Shown: positions 1 through 9,910, counted from the first letter of the stretch. The stretch: DNA of 64,000 bases from an uncultured Gammaproteobacteria bacterium (GCA_964540825.1 CAZINT010000003.1:19250-83249); one strand, 5' to 3'. Notes: generated from the sequence alone by a model not told the origin. A program made the numbers and translations.

Positions 1-2291
1 TCGACCTTAAGGCGTTCCATGGTACGATATTTTTGCGCATCGCCAGCAAACCAACCGATGGCGCAATCTATTTGATCAACTAATTCCCCGGTATTTTTAA
101 CAAGATTAATAATGTTACCCGCTGGATTAAAACCAGACGCTAAGGAATAGAGTGCATCAGCTGGAATATTACGCACCACCTCATCATTACTTCTTTCAAG
201 TAAAAAATAATCGTGAGCAGCGATAAATTTATTTTTTAAAGCGATGTCCATTGGCTGACCAGAAACAAAAATTTTCCAACCCGTAAGATCAATCGGATTA
301 TCCGTCGTGTTATATAATTCTATCCACTGGTTACTCGAGTACTCGCTGTTCGTGCCTGCCCAATCCACTTCGTTAATGACCACCTCTTGAGTATGCGGAA
401 TAAGGATACTTGTCACGGTACTCCACTCGGAAACATTGCCCGATGCATCACTAGCCCGAGCACGTAAAAAGTATTTCGTACCCCTGATTACTGGAAGTTT
501 AAAAACGGTACTGGTTGTCGAAGTAGCAACATCTTGCCATATTTTTTCTGTACTTGTCGTTGTACTTAATGAAAGATCGTAAAGTATCACTGGCGACCCA
601 GTATCGGTACTGCTCAGGGTAACTTGCAGCGTTGGGCTCACTGACTCCTTCAAAAAAACTACGTTAATTTCCGGGATACTTGGAGCACTTGTATCAACGA
701 TGGGTAGAACCGGTTCAGTAGAAGACGTTGAAGTAGCAGTTAAGGTTGTTGGGACTGCTGCAACACTAGATGTGCTCGCAGGAAGAGTACTCGACGCTAT
801 AACATCAATCGTTGTAGTAGTAAAAAGAGTAGTCGTCACCACACTATCCGCAACATTTTCAGCCTGCATAGCACTTGTAGCGCTTCCACCGTTTGTATCA
901 GGAGTACTACTTTTAGGGACAAGTGTCGGCTTCGGGGTTATCACTTTTATTACAGGATCAATTGGAGCTTCTATTTTAAGGCCAAGCACAGCCTGCGCTG
1001 GAGTCTGAATAACTTTTTTAGGCGCCTGGACTGGAGCTGCGGGCTTGGGAATAGTTGGCAGCTCTGGCCCATACGGATCAGCGGCTACAGGTTGAGGGCT
1101 CAGAAGACTAATGTTCTCAGTTTGCACCAAAGGAGCCGGCGTATCAAATAACGAATTAAAACTATTTTGCAAAAAAGTTACCGCTGGCAAAATATAGCCA
1201 AACCCGAGTGAGTACATTTTATTCCCCTTAACCGTAGTTGGTATGGGCGGCAATAATGCCGGGTTTTTCTTAGCATTTTCACCTTCTTGTTTAAAAAGCT
1301 TAATAACTCCTGCGCCGTCGAGAACAGCTGCGGTGGAGAGGCGGGTGAAGTAGGCGGAAAGAACTAGAGGATTATCAGCATTATCAATAAGAGAATATTT
1401 TTTTGCAAAAGTGAAAGTATTCTTATCAAATATACTTCTAACGCTGACTAAGGGAAATTTTTTACCTTCTTTATCGTTTGCATATCCATAACCATTTTCT
1501 TCTATTAATATTTGCGGTTTCGAATATTTATAAGAATTGATAGTATGCTCACTAAAAAAATAATTATTTGAGTAACTAGCCAGGTCATCAAAATAAGCAT
1601 CAAGTGAACCAAAAATTACCGGCTGTTCCTTATTTTTTAATAAATGAGGAGATAGTTTTAAATTTCCACGTGAAAACTGATCCGCAAAATCTTCATAAGG
1701 GCTTCCACCATCCTGCGTTATCGCACTAGCATCATGTACATGCGTATCGTTACGGGTATGATCGGGCACGGTAGCGTCTTCGAGCAAGTGAAGAATGTGA
1801 CCTAAAATATAATAAGCTTTGTCAGTATCACCCTCGGCATAAGCACGCACCCCGTTTTCCCACGTGTTATTACCACCAAAATCTGAGTATTTAGTTTGCA
1901 AAAGTTCAGCATGAGCCCATTTTTTGGAAGAGAGTATTTCGGTATTAGCATTTAAGAATACTTTAGTAAAAACCTGAAGCACTCCCTGAGGAATTATGCC
2001 TAAATTTTGAGCGAGCCATCCGTCGTTAGTCGTGGGGTCATAAAAATGATTGAGCCAACGCGGCGGTGTATCTTCATCGATTGAGCCTTTAATTATTTGC
2101 TCTTTATCCTTAGAAGTAATTTTTTGATCAGGGAATGAAGTGTTATAAAAATCAACAATTTGATCAGTTAGAGCAGGGTGCGTTGTATTAGTTGCGTAAC
2201 TAAGTGCAATTTTGGGACAAGCTAATTGAGTAAAAAATAAAACTGCCAGAGCAAATAAAAAGAAACGTGCTTTCTTTTTTATATTTTTCAT
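1..2291 (-). CDS. Secreted Zn-dependent phospholipase C/P1-nuclease-like domain + Pro/Thr-rich linker + lamin-tail domain protein (3' end runs off the window)
   Basis: Not in the ORF track; read manually. ATG at 2291 gives MKNIKKKARFFLFALAVLFF (signal-like), then THPALT, GSIDED..PRWLNHFYDP, LGHILHLLEDATVPDHTRND (metal-binding motifs). In-frame EVVINEVDWAG..QWIELYN..IDLTGWK (lamin tail) lies near 280-390. Confidence 0.75.
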   Translation of the reverse strand, partial: MKNIKKKARFFLFALAVLFFTQLACPKIALSYATNTTHPALTDQIVDFYNTSFPDQKITSKDKEQIIKGSIDEDTPPRWLNHFYDPTTNDGWLAQNLGIIPQGVLQVFTKVFLNANTEILSSKKWAHAELLQTKYSDFGGNNTWENGVRAYAEGDTDKAYYILGHILHLLEDATVPDHTRNDTHVHDASAITQDGGSPYEDFADQFSRGNLKLSPHLLKNKEQPVIFGSLDAYFDDLASYSNNYFFSEHTINSYKYSKPQILIEENGYGYANDKEGKKFPLVSVRSIFDKNTFTFAKKYSLIDNADNPLVLSAYFTRLSTAAVLDGAGVIKLFKQEGENAKKNPALLPPIPTTVKGNKMYSLGFGYILPAVTFLQNSFNSLFDTPAPLVQTENISLLSPQPVAADPYGPELPTIPKPAAPVQAPKKVIQTPAQAVLGLKIEAPIDPVIKVITPKPTLVPKSSTPDTNGGSATSAMQAENVADSVVTTTLFTTTTIDVIASSTLPASTSSVAAVPTTLTATSTSSTEPVLPIVDTSAPSIPEINVVFLKESVSPTLQVTLSSTDTGSPVILYDLSLSTTTSTEKIWQDVATSTTSTVFKLPVIRGTKYFLRARASDASGNVSEWSTVTSILIPHTQEVVINEVDWAGTNSEYSSNQWIELYNTTDNPIDLTGWKIFVSGQPMDIALKNKFIAAHDYFLLERSNDEVVRNIPADALYSLASGFNPAGNIINLVKNTGELVDQIDCAIGWFAGDAQKYRTMERLKV

Positions 2292-2296
2292 AAACC

Positions 2297-2788
2297 CTAC
2301 AATTCAGCTATTTTCCAGTTGCCATTCGGATATTTTGCAAAATCAAATAACACTCTGTTCTCAGTTGAGAAATTGTATTTATTCATCCTTAACCAAAGCG
2401 GTTCTCTTGTTTTTATTTCCTCAACCCCTTCTTTGGTCACTTTTAACAATTCTTGTAATTTATTCTCTTGCCCTCCTTTTTTAAGAGTTTTATTCCACTC
2501 CTCCTGCTTACTCAAAATAAAATATTTACTTGCCAAATCATAATCTCCCTTTTCAACAGCAGTGATAAATAATTCTAACGTCTCTTTGGGCGTTGCACCG
2601 CCATAGGTGTCTTCGAGGTACGGCCGCTCTTCTTCGGCCTGAAGCGCAGCGAGATCGCGATTAAATTTCCAGGTTTGATATTTTGGCCAACCCCACATGA
2701 TTAAAAAAAGTATCACTATTAAACCAACTAAAATAACGAACGTAATTTCCATTTTTTTAAGAGCCGTTTTTTTTGGATCACTCTCCAT
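2297..2788 (-). CDS. Membrane-anchored hypothetical protein (DTYGGxTPxETL motif), immediately upstream of the PLC-like gene
   Basis: N-terminal TM helix; stop lies 5 nt before the next ATG; start may be 2788 or 2794. Confidence 0.75.
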   Translation of the reverse strand: MESDPKKTALKKMEITFVILVGLIVILFLIMWGWPKYQTWKFNRDLAALQAEEERPYLEDTYGGATPKETLELFITAVEKGDYDLASKYFILSKQEEWNKTLKKGGQENKLQELLKVTKEGVEEIKTREPLWLRMNKYNFSTENRVLFDFAKYPNGNWKIAEL

Positions 2789-2904
2789 ATGCATAATTAA
2801 TAAATAAATTTTTCATCCATATTATTTCATACCGCCACCCACAAAACAATAATCAGTCAACTGGTTTTTCCACCGCCGTCAAAAATTTTTTTACTCAATA
2901 AGCA

Positions 2905-2933
2905 TTGACAAAACCCTTAAAATAAGGTATGGA
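2905..2933 (+). promoter_or_regulatory. Putative sigma70 promoter TTGACA-17-TATGGA
   Basis: Perfect -35, weak -10, upstream of a GC-rich islet gene. Confidence 0.4.
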
Positions 2934-2958
2934 ACCATTAACTACAACGGAGCGTCAC

Positions 2959-3639
2959 ATGCAGGATTTCACCGTCCTCATATTCTATGGCGCTCAAAGT
3001 GGGGCGCCCGATCTTTCACCCGCCGACGGCGCAGCAATGACCGCGCTTGGGCGAGCGATTGATGCTTACCTGGCTATCAGCCACGAAGAGCTCGCGTTCG
3101 CTGTGACAGGCACACAGCAATCGGCACTCGTGGCTACCGCACGTATACAAGCAGAGCTTGAGTACCGCATTCAAACAGAGCAGCGGCCCTGTCTCGACGA
3201 CCTGTCTTCGAGCTGCTACGAACTGTCGGCCAGCCAGCACCAGAGCCTACTCTCTGAGTGTCAGGAGGCATACGGACGAGTTACACCGCGCAGTATGGCC
3301 GGACTTTTCCAAACGCAGCCGGCTCGGGTGCGCCAGTGTATCCAAGAATACTTCCGCCGTGGTGCAACCGAGATTACGAGCATCCTTGCCCAGCTAGCAC
3401 ATGTGGCCGGAGTCTTTCCGGACAAAAAGATAGCTGGTCTTTGGCTCGCCAATCGCTTTAGCTTTGTGGAAGGAATGTTCCGCTACCTGAACGGCATACG
3501 GGGAGACGACCTACTTCACAATTTGGCTATCGATCTGCTCCGCGAAGATGAAGGGCATCAAGCCATCTTTCGGCAAAAAGATGGCGGGCCGGTGCTCGAC
3601 CGCATCGAACGCATCGTCTTGCCCACCCTCACCACCTAA
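2959..3639 (+). CDS. GC-rich islet gene; degenerate histidine-phosphatase-fold protein lacking RHG
   Basis: ACGGAG SD upstream of ATG 2959; secondary-structure pattern matches the PGM/SixA superfamily by eye; catalytic motifs absent. Confidence 0.65.
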   Translation: MQDFTVLIFYGAQSGAPDLSPADGAAMTALGRAIDAYLAISHEELAFAVTGTQQSALVATARIQAELEYRIQTEQRPCLDDLSSSCYELSASQHQSLLSECQEAYGRVTPRSMAGLFQTQPARVRQCIQEYFRRGATEITSILAQLAHVAGVFPDKKIAGLWLANRFSFVEGMFRYLNGIRGDDLLHNLAIDLLREDEGHQAIFRQKDGGPVLDRIERIVLPTLTT

Positions 3640-3643
3640 CTAC

Positions 3644-3720
3644 CGTCGGCCGCATCAGCCTACTGATCGCGGCCGACGAGAAATTTCCCATCCTTAATGA
3701 GGTTGGTTTTTTTATTTTTT
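3644..3720 (+). terminator. GC-rich hairpin followed by a second hairpin and U-tract
   Basis: cgtcggccgc...gcggccgacg, then ccatcct..aggttgg-ttttttt. Confidence 0.65.
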
Positions 3721-3746
3721 AAAAATAATTTTGAACCTTTATTATA

Positions 3747-3775
3747 TTGACATGGTCGTAATTTTGTGATTAACT
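3747..3775 (+). promoter_or_regulatory. Putative sigma70 promoter TTGACA-17-TTAACT (extended TG)
   Basis: Perfect -35 in an AT-rich spacer. Confidence 0.45.
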
Positions 3776-3856
3776 ATGCTGTTGGCTAGGGTTAAAAACC
3801 TGCCTTCAGAGAACACCCTTCACAACAGCTGCAGAAAATCGCTGGAGGAAGCAACC

Positions 3857-4570
3857 ATGTCTACGACCCACGAAGTGCTTTTTTTGCAAGAGCCACTGCA
3901 CGATGGACGCGAGCTCTCGATCGAGGCACGCGCCCACCTCATCGCCGTCGGGCGACTGCTCAGCCTGCAGATGAGAGCCAGAAAGGAGAGCATCGGCCAC
4001 ATCGGGATCAGCAACAACTCGGTGAGCCGTGACTGCGCCAAGCTCTTCGAAAAGGGCTTCGGCGACGAGCCGCGCTCCATGCAGATGGCCAGCTACTTCG
4101 GGGACTTCTTCCGGAACGCGACTCATCTCAGCACCGCGAGCCGCGATGCCATCATACGGCTCGCGCAAAACGGCGGTTCCGCGCCCCCGACCTCCAAGTC
4201 GGTGAAGATCGTGCTCAGGCAGAACCCCAGGCTCCTCTCCGAGGTCATCCCCTACATCCACGAGTACGCCACGCACCTCCTCAGCATCGCGAAGGTGCTC
4301 GACCACCGCTCCGAGGAGGTCGGCGCCGAAGCGAGCGGCACGTCGCTCGTCGGCATCATCTTCGTCTCCGACCTCAACCTCGCCGAGCTCGCGATCAGCC
4401 GCCTCGAGGGCAAGCGCAGCACGGACCTGCCCACCCACGCCCTCGATTTGCGCCTGAAGCCGACGCGCGGCCTGCGCATCACCGTCAAGGTCAGCGACCA
4501 GATCGAGGGAGCCTGCTTCGCGACGAGTCAGATCAACTTCCCGGAGCTCGAGGGGAAGAACAAGAGCTGA
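3857..4570 (+). CDS. GC-rich islet gene; second degenerate histidine-phosphatase-fold protein
   Basis: GGAGG at 3844-3848 before ATG 3857; 40/60 GC in line 4261-4320; strong C/G third-position bias; layout parallels the upstream gene. Confidence 0.7.
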   Translation: MSTTHEVLFLQEPLHDGRELSIEARAHLIAVGRLLSLQMRARKESIGHIGISNNSVSRDCAKLFEKGFGDEPRSMQMASYFGDFFRNATHLSTASRDAIIRLAQNGGSAPPTSKSVKIVLRQNPRLLSEVIPYIHEYATHLLSIAKVLDHRSEEVGAEASGTSLVGIIFVSDLNLAELAISRLEGKRSTDLPTHALDLRLKPTRGLRITVKVSDQIEGACFATSQINFPELEGKNKS

Positions 4571-4584
4571 AACACGTCACAGTG

Positions 4585-4662
4585 CCGGCCGCGCGAACCC
4601 ACCACAAGGAGCGCGCGGCCGGTCTTCCATTTCTCAACCAACACCGGTTGATTTTTTTATTT
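4585..4662 (+). terminator. GC-rich hairpin plus terminal hairpin and U-tract
   Basis: ccggccgcgcg...cgcgcggccgg, then tcaacc..ggttga-ttttttt. Confidence 0.6.
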
Positions 4663-4719
4663 TAAAAACAAAGGACCCGCACCAGAAGTGTTCCGAACTG
4701 AATCGGTTCTGATGCGGGT
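4663..4719 (-). terminator. Intrinsic terminator of the 4739-5218 gene
   Basis: acccgcatcagaa...ttctggtgcgggt followed by cctttgttttt on the minus strand. Confidence 0.6.
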
Positions 4720-4738
4720 TGGTTGGAGTGCTGCGCCG

Positions 4739-5218
4739 CTAGAACGGCAGGCGCAGCCGGAGGTCGTCGCAGTAGCGGTAGCTGTACCCGATACACCGAG
4801 CCTCGTTCTCGCGGCGCTTGCGCCCGAGGAGCTTGTCCGCCATCGGGCACAGATCGGTGATCTGATACTTCATCCCGGCGGTACGCGAAGGATCAAGTGA
4901 AGCCGGGCAGAGGTACTCGAGCCCCTCGCCGGTGGCGGTGTAGACCACCTGCAGCCGACGACCACCCGATGTCTTCTTGACGATCTCGTACTTCCAGGCC
5001 GTCGCGACGGGGCTCGTGGCGATCAGCCAGTCGAGCTGCTCGCTGGACGGCGCGCTGTCGCCCATGTAGACGTAGCGCGCGGAGTCACCGGCCAGGTAGA
5101 AGGTCAGGACGTGCTCCTCGTTCGGGATGATGAGGTCGTTGATCATCGGGACGGCACCCAGGAACCAGATGAAAAGGCAGGTAATGACCGAGGCAGCGAC
5201 TAGCAAACGCTTCTTCAC
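4739..5218 (-). CDS. GC-rich islet gene; hypothetical protein with N-terminal signal/TM segment
   Basis: AGGAGG then GTG start; MKKRLLVAASVITCLFIWFLGA; GC-biased codons. Confidence 0.7.
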   Translation of the reverse strand: MKKRLLVAASVITCLFIWFLGAVPMINDLIIPNEEHVLTFYLAGDSARYVYMGDSAPSSEQLDWLIATSPVATAWKYEIVKKTSGGRRLQVVYTATGEGLEYLCPASLDPSRTAGMKYQITDLCPMADKLLGRKRRENEARCIGYSYRYCDDLRLRLPF

Positions 5219-5411
5219 GATAGGCCTCCTTTTGTGGGCATGGTTCTGACAGCAAGACTGTCATAAGTTTACCCACAAAATATTTCTTTCATTATACTTT
5301 CATATACTCAAAATTTTTTCAATGCTGAGTACAGGAGTCGAGACTTTTTGAAAGGCGTCTCGACCGATGCCTTGCTGCCTGGGGCGGTAGCTGCCTTTGT
5401 GCTTCGGGCGT

Positions 5412-5801
5412 CTAGCGGTCGTCGTCGACGCAGGGCCGCACGCGGATCCCCTGCCCCCTTGTCTCGGGGTGCAGGAAGTCGAAGATCATTTGCTGGGCAT
5501 CGTTGATGTTCCCGCCACCGACCTGCTTGTGCGTGAGCAGATAGGCCTTGGCTCCGCTGCCGCGAACGGTATCGATCGACAGCGACCACTCCTGCAACCC
5601 GGGCGGCGCCAGATTCACGAAGTTGCAGATGGTGTCGCGCGGCGGCTGCACCTCGAGCTTCGACTCGATGACGTTGTCGTAGCGCAGGATGTAGTAGGTG
5701 TGACGCTGGAACTGATCGCGATAGACCATATGGAGCAGCGCTCCAAGCAGCACAGCCACGGCCAAGGCTCTCAGTGGATACACAGCCAGATACTGACGCA
5801 T
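5412..5801 (-). CDS. GC-rich islet gene; hypothetical membrane-anchored protein
   Basis: GAGGTG SD before ATG; N-terminal hydrophobic helix; own promoter upstream. Confidence 0.7.
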   Translation of the reverse strand: MRQYLAVYPLRALAVAVLLGALLHMVYRDQFQRHTYYILRYDNVIESKLEVQPPRDTICNFVNLAPPGLQEWSLSIDTVRGSGAKAYLLTHKQVGGGNINDAQQMIFDFLHPETRGQGIRVRPCVDDDR

Positions 5802-5878
5802 AGGCTCACCTCATACAGCATGGATGCGTTGTGCTCCCGTCTACAGCGCACCGCGCGCTTGCATACGGAAAACAGCTC

Positions 5879-5907
5879 ATTCTATCTTTTTTGTGCTCAT
5901 ATGTCAA
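5879..5907 (-). promoter_or_regulatory. Sigma70 promoter TTGACA-17-TAGAAT
   Basis: Near-consensus hexamers with optimal spacing. Confidence 0.7.
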
Positions 5908-5922
5908 GGTTCTGCTCACCCA

Positions 5923-5951
5923 TTGACACGTTTTATGTAAGCAGGTATATT
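5923..5951 (+). promoter_or_regulatory. Sigma70 promoter TTGACA-17-TATATT of the marR-ABC operon
   Basis: Near-consensus, divergent from the islet promoter. Confidence 0.7.
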
Positions 5952-5978
5952 ATTAAGCAACTTACGTAATATACATCT

Positions 5979-6404
5979 ATGCACCGCAATGAAATACTGC
6001 CTTTATTTTTAGAAAACATGAGCGTACTCAAGCGACTCATGCGCCCTGCGAAGCAGAACGGTTCGCACTCCGGCATAACACCGGCCCAAATCGGAATCAT
6101 GCTGACCCTTTGGCACGAAGGGCCCAAAAGCATCAAAGAACTTTCCGAACTCCTGTGCATGTCGTCGAGCGCAGCAACGCAGCTGGTGGACGGGTTGGTA
6201 CGCGAACGGCTGCTTGAACGCACTGAAGACCCGCTCGACCGACGCAAAATTTCAGTTGCTCTTACCGCCCGGGGTAAGAAGAAACTGGCCGCAGCCCGCA
6301 AAAATCACCTCGCGCTTATTGCCAAACTTTTCAAACCCCTCTCCGATACCGAGGTTCGCGAGCTCTACCGTTTACAACAAAAAATTATTTCCCATCTTGC
6401 TTAA
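5979..6404 (+). CDS. MarR family transcriptional regulator
   Basis: ITPAQ..L..LWHEGP.SIKELSELL...SAATQLVDGLV..LLER..DPLDRR winged-helix signature. Confidence 0.92.
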   Translation: MHRNEILPLFLENMSVLKRLMRPAKQNGSHSGITPAQIGIMLTLWHEGPKSIKELSELLCMSSSAATQLVDGLVRERLLERTEDPLDRRKISVALTARGKKKLAAARKNHLALIAKLFKPLSDTEVRELYRLQQKIISHLA

Positions 6405-6408
6405 CTTT

Positions 6409-8160
6409 ATGCCTCGACCTCCTAAAACAGACAATCCAGCAAAGCCTAAGGCAAACCTTTTTAGTCTGCTCAAAGACTACCGCGGACAAATAATCCTACT
6501 CGTCGTGCTCGCGATAGCAGCGAACGCGATCAACCTCGTGGTACCCAAAATTACCGCCCACGGTATCGACACCTTCACCCGCGGCACGTATTCGCTCAGC
6601 ACAACACTAACCCAATTTATTTTGGCGGGTGTGGGCATTTTGGTATTTACCGCGCTCCAAAGCGTGGTGCAAACCTATGCCTCGGAACGTGTCGCTCGTG
6701 ACCTGCGCGAAAAAACAGCGGCCAAAATTTCGCGTCAGAGTTATACGTATATTCAAACCGCTTCGCCCAGTAAACTTCTGACCAACTTAACATCAGACAT
6801 CGACTCGATTAAATTGTTTGTCTCAATGGCGATCGTTTCACTCGTGTCCTCACTCTTTCTTATTGTTGGCGCGAGCACGTTACTCCTCCTGACTGACTGG
6901 AAACTCGCCCTCGTTGTACTCATGATTATTCCCCTTATCGGCGGCACATTCTTTGTCGTCTTCAAACGAATTAGCGCCCTCTTTAAAAAACGTCAAGAAA
7001 TTATTGACTGGCTCAATAAAGTTATTAACGAAAGCATTCTTGGCGCTGCAATTGTTCGCGTGCTGCATTCCGAAGCGCGCGAGCATGAAAAATTCCGTGC
7101 GGCCAATACCGATGCGCTTAACACCGGTTTTGGCATCTTGAAACTGTTTGCTTCAATGATTCCGATTATCACCTTTGTAGCCAACCTCGCCACGCTTGCC
7201 ATTCTTCTCTTAGGCGGACACTTTGTTATCCAAGGTTCCATGACGCTCGGCAGCTTTGCCGCTTTCAACAGTTACATTGCCATTCTTATTTTCCCGATTA
7301 TCATTATCGGCTTTATGAGCAACGTGATTGCCCAGGCTACTGCTTCGTATCAGCGTGTTAGCGAAGTGCTTGATGCGCCAGAAGAAGCGGCTGTTGGTCA
7401 AAAGAGCGGTGCCCTTGAAGGCGCGATCGCGGCAAACGACATTACCCTTACTTTTGGTGAGAAGCCAACACTTAAAGATGTGTCGTTTACCATGCAGCGC
7501 AAAAGTAAAACCGCTATTATCGGCCCAACGGCTGCTGGAAAAACACAGCTATTATATTTGCTGATCGGATTACTCCAGCCAACCAAAGGCACCATCACCT
7601 ATGATGGCGCTAATATTAACGACTACGAAAAAACAAATTTTCATAGCCAGGTTGGTTTTGTGTTTCAGGACAGCATCATGTTCAACCTCACTATTCGTGA
7701 AAATATCGCTTTTAGTACGACGGTTACCAACGAAGCCTTGCAAAAAGCTATTGATACGGCCGAATTGACCGACTTTATTAACGAACTTCCTCAAGGACTC
7801 GACACGATCGTTTCAGAACGCGGTGCCAGTTTATCGGGCGGACAAAAACAGCGCATCATGCTGGCGCGTGCCTTGGCACTTGATCCAAAAATTTTATACC
7901 TCGACGACTTTACTGCCCGCGTTGACGGCAGCACTGAAAAACGAATTTTGGATAATCTCGAAAAAAATTATCCGGAGCTAACCCTCGTATCGGTAACTCA
8001 AAAAATCGCCTCGGTCGAACACTATGACCAAATCATTCTCCTCATGGAGGGTGAAATACTCGGGAAAGGCACCCATGACGAACTCATGGAGTCATGCCCT
8101 GAATACGTTCAAATTTATAATTCTCAGCGTAGCACCAACACCTATGAATTACACGCTTAA
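6409..8160 (+). CDS. ABC exporter, permease + ATPase subunit
   Basis: TM domain, Walker A GPTAAGKT, LSGGQKQR, degenerate Walker B LDDF; start taken at ATG 6409 just after marR. Confidence 0.92.
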   Translation: MPRPPKTDNPAKPKANLFSLLKDYRGQIILLVVLAIAANAINLVVPKITAHGIDTFTRGTYSLSTTLTQFILAGVGILVFTALQSVVQTYASERVARDLREKTAAKISRQSYTYIQTASPSKLLTNLTSDIDSIKLFVSMAIVSLVSSLFLIVGASTLLLLTDWKLALVVLMIIPLIGGTFFVVFKRISALFKKRQEIIDWLNKVINESILGAAIVRVLHSEAREHEKFRAANTDALNTGFGILKLFASMIPIITFVANLATLAILLLGGHFVIQGSMTLGSFAAFNSYIAILIFPIIIIGFMSNVIAQATASYQRVSEVLDAPEEAAVGQKSGALEGAIAANDITLTFGEKPTLKDVSFTMQRKSKTAIIGPTAAGKTQLLYLLIGLLQPTKGTITYDGANINDYEKTNFHSQVGFVFQDSIMFNLTIRENIAFSTTVTNEALQKAIDTAELTDFINELPQGLDTIVSERGASLSGGQKQRIMLARALALDPKILYLDDFTARVDGSTEKRILDNLEKNYPELTLVSVTQKIASVEHYDQIILLMEGEILGKGTHDELMESCPEYVQIYNSQRSTNTYELHA

Positions 8161-9910
8161 TAAAACCAAAGACCAGCTGAGTACAAAAACCAGCACACTC
8201 GCCCAGCTCAAAAACCTCTGGCCACTCCTCTCGCCTGAAAAAAAGAATCTGGCGTTGGCATCGGTAGCAATTCTGATTAATTCCGGCATGAACCTGGCCG
8301 CACCTATTTTGATCGGACAGGCGATTGATAGGTATATCGTTACCAAGCAATTCCACGGCGTTGTCGTCTACTCGGGTATTTTACTCGCCATGTACTTGGT
8401 AAGTTTGGTCACCAGTTATATCCAGACCATTACGATGGGCGGTGTTGGTCAGCGCACGCTATTCAATTTGCGCCGCAATATTTTTGACAAACTCCAAACA
8501 CTGCCGGTCGCTTTCTTTAACCAGAACAAAGCCGGTGACCTGATTTCACGCATCAATAACGACACGGATAAATTGAACCAATTCTTTTCCCAAGCCCTGG
8601 TACAGTTTGTTGCCAGTCTCTTCATGATTATCGGTGCCGGCGCCTTTATTATTATCCTGAGTCCGCACCTCGGCACTGCTTCCCTACTCCCGGCGGCTGT
8701 CTTACTTGTTTTTACTCAGGCAATTTCGCCCTGGATTAAAAAACAAAATGCCCTCAGTCTCAAAAGTATTGGCGGCCTGAGTGCCGAAATTCAAGAAAGC
8801 CTTAATAACTTCAAAGCCATCATCGCCTTTAATCGCCGTGATTATTTCCGTGAAAAATTTAACGAAGTTAACAACGATGCTTATACAACTTCGGTTAAAG
8901 CCGGCATCGTAAACACGGTGTTCCTGACTCCACTGTATGGTTTCGCCTCCAACTTAGCTCAGCTCATTGTTATTGCCTACGGTGTCTACTTGATTACGAT
9001 CGGCAACTTCACGCTGGGTCTCTTGATCAGCTTCCTCAGCTACCTGGTACGCTTCTATGACCCACTCCGCCAAATCGCGCAGCTCTGGAGCAGCTTCCAA
9101 GTGGCGCTCGCCAGCTGGGATCGTATTAGCGATATTTTATCGCTCGACTCTGACATGCAGGTTATCGCGAGCGAAAAAATTCCAGGCGCTCACGGACTTT
9201 TGGAATTTAAAAACGTTAAATTTGGCTACCCGGACGGCAAAGAAGTATTACATAATATCAACTTTATCCTTGAGCCCGGTAAAACCTACGCTTTGGTAGG
9301 GCCGACCGGTGGCGGCAAAACTACGACCGCGTCCCTCATGGCCCGCCTGTACGAGCCGACGGAAGGCACGGTGATCCTCAGCGGACAAGATATTCGGAGT
9401 TACACCGATGCTGAACGCGTTAAAAAAATCGGTTTTATTCTCCAGGAACCATTCTTATTTAGCGGTACGGTTGGTGAAAATATTGTGTATGGCACCGAAA
9501 GTGCCGAAGGATATTCGAGCGAAAAATTATTAGCAACACTTACCGAAGCTGGGCTCGATCACTTACTCGAACGCTTTGACGAAGGCCTGGCTACGAAAGT
9601 TAAGAGTAGCGGCGACTCCCTCAGTCTCGGTCAGCGCCAGATGGTCGCCTTTATTCGGGCGGTACTGCGCAAACCTGAACTCCTTATTCTCGACGAAGCT
9701 ACGGCCAATATCGACACGGTAACCGAACAGTTACTAGAAGAAGTGCTTAAAAAATTACCGACAACTACCACCCGAGTTATTATCGCGCACCGCCTGAATA
9801 CAATTGAAAATGCCGACGAAATTTTCTTTGTAAATGGCGGCCAAGTTACGCTCGCCGGCTCACTCGAGCATGCGGTTGAAATGCTACTCCACAATAAACG
9901 AAAAAGTTAA
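8144..9910 (+). CDS. ABC exporter, permease + ATPase subunit (heterodimer partner)
   Basis: GPTGGGKT, LSLGQRQ, LDEATA, IAHRL; overlaps the previous stop. Confidence 0.92.
   Translation: MNYTLNKTKDQLSTKTSTLAQLKNLWPLLSPEKKNLALASVAILINSGMNLAAPILIGQAIDRYIVTKQFHGVVVYSGILLAMYLVSLVTSYIQTITMGGVGQRTLFNLRRNIFDKLQTLPVAFFNQNKAGDLISRINNDTDKLNQFFSQALVQFVASLFMIIGAGAFIIILSPHLGTASLLPAAVLLVFTQAISPWIKKQNALSLKSIGGLSAEIQESLNNFKAIIAFNRRDYFREKFNEVNNDAYTTSVKAGIVNTVFLTPLYGFASNLAQLIVIAYGVYLITIGNFTLGLLISFLSYLVRFYDPLRQIAQLWSSFQVALASWDRISDILSLDSDMQVIASEKIPGAHGLLEFKNVKFGYPDGKEVLHNINFILEPGKTYALVGPTGGGKTTTASLMARLYEPTEGTVILSGQDIRSYTDAERVKKIGFILQEPFLFSGTVGENIVYGTESAEGYSSEKLLATLTEAGLDHLLERFDEGLATKVKSSGDSLSLGQRQMVAFIRAVLRKPELLILDEATANIDTVTEQLLEEVLKKLPTTTTRVIIAHRLNTIENADEIFFVNGGQVTLAGSLEHAVEMLLHNKRKS

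Noticed and set aside
2905-5907. Integron cassette array or prophage as explanation for the islets
   Set aside because: No integrase or phage genes, no shared attC-like ends recognised, mixed orientations, and individual promoters.
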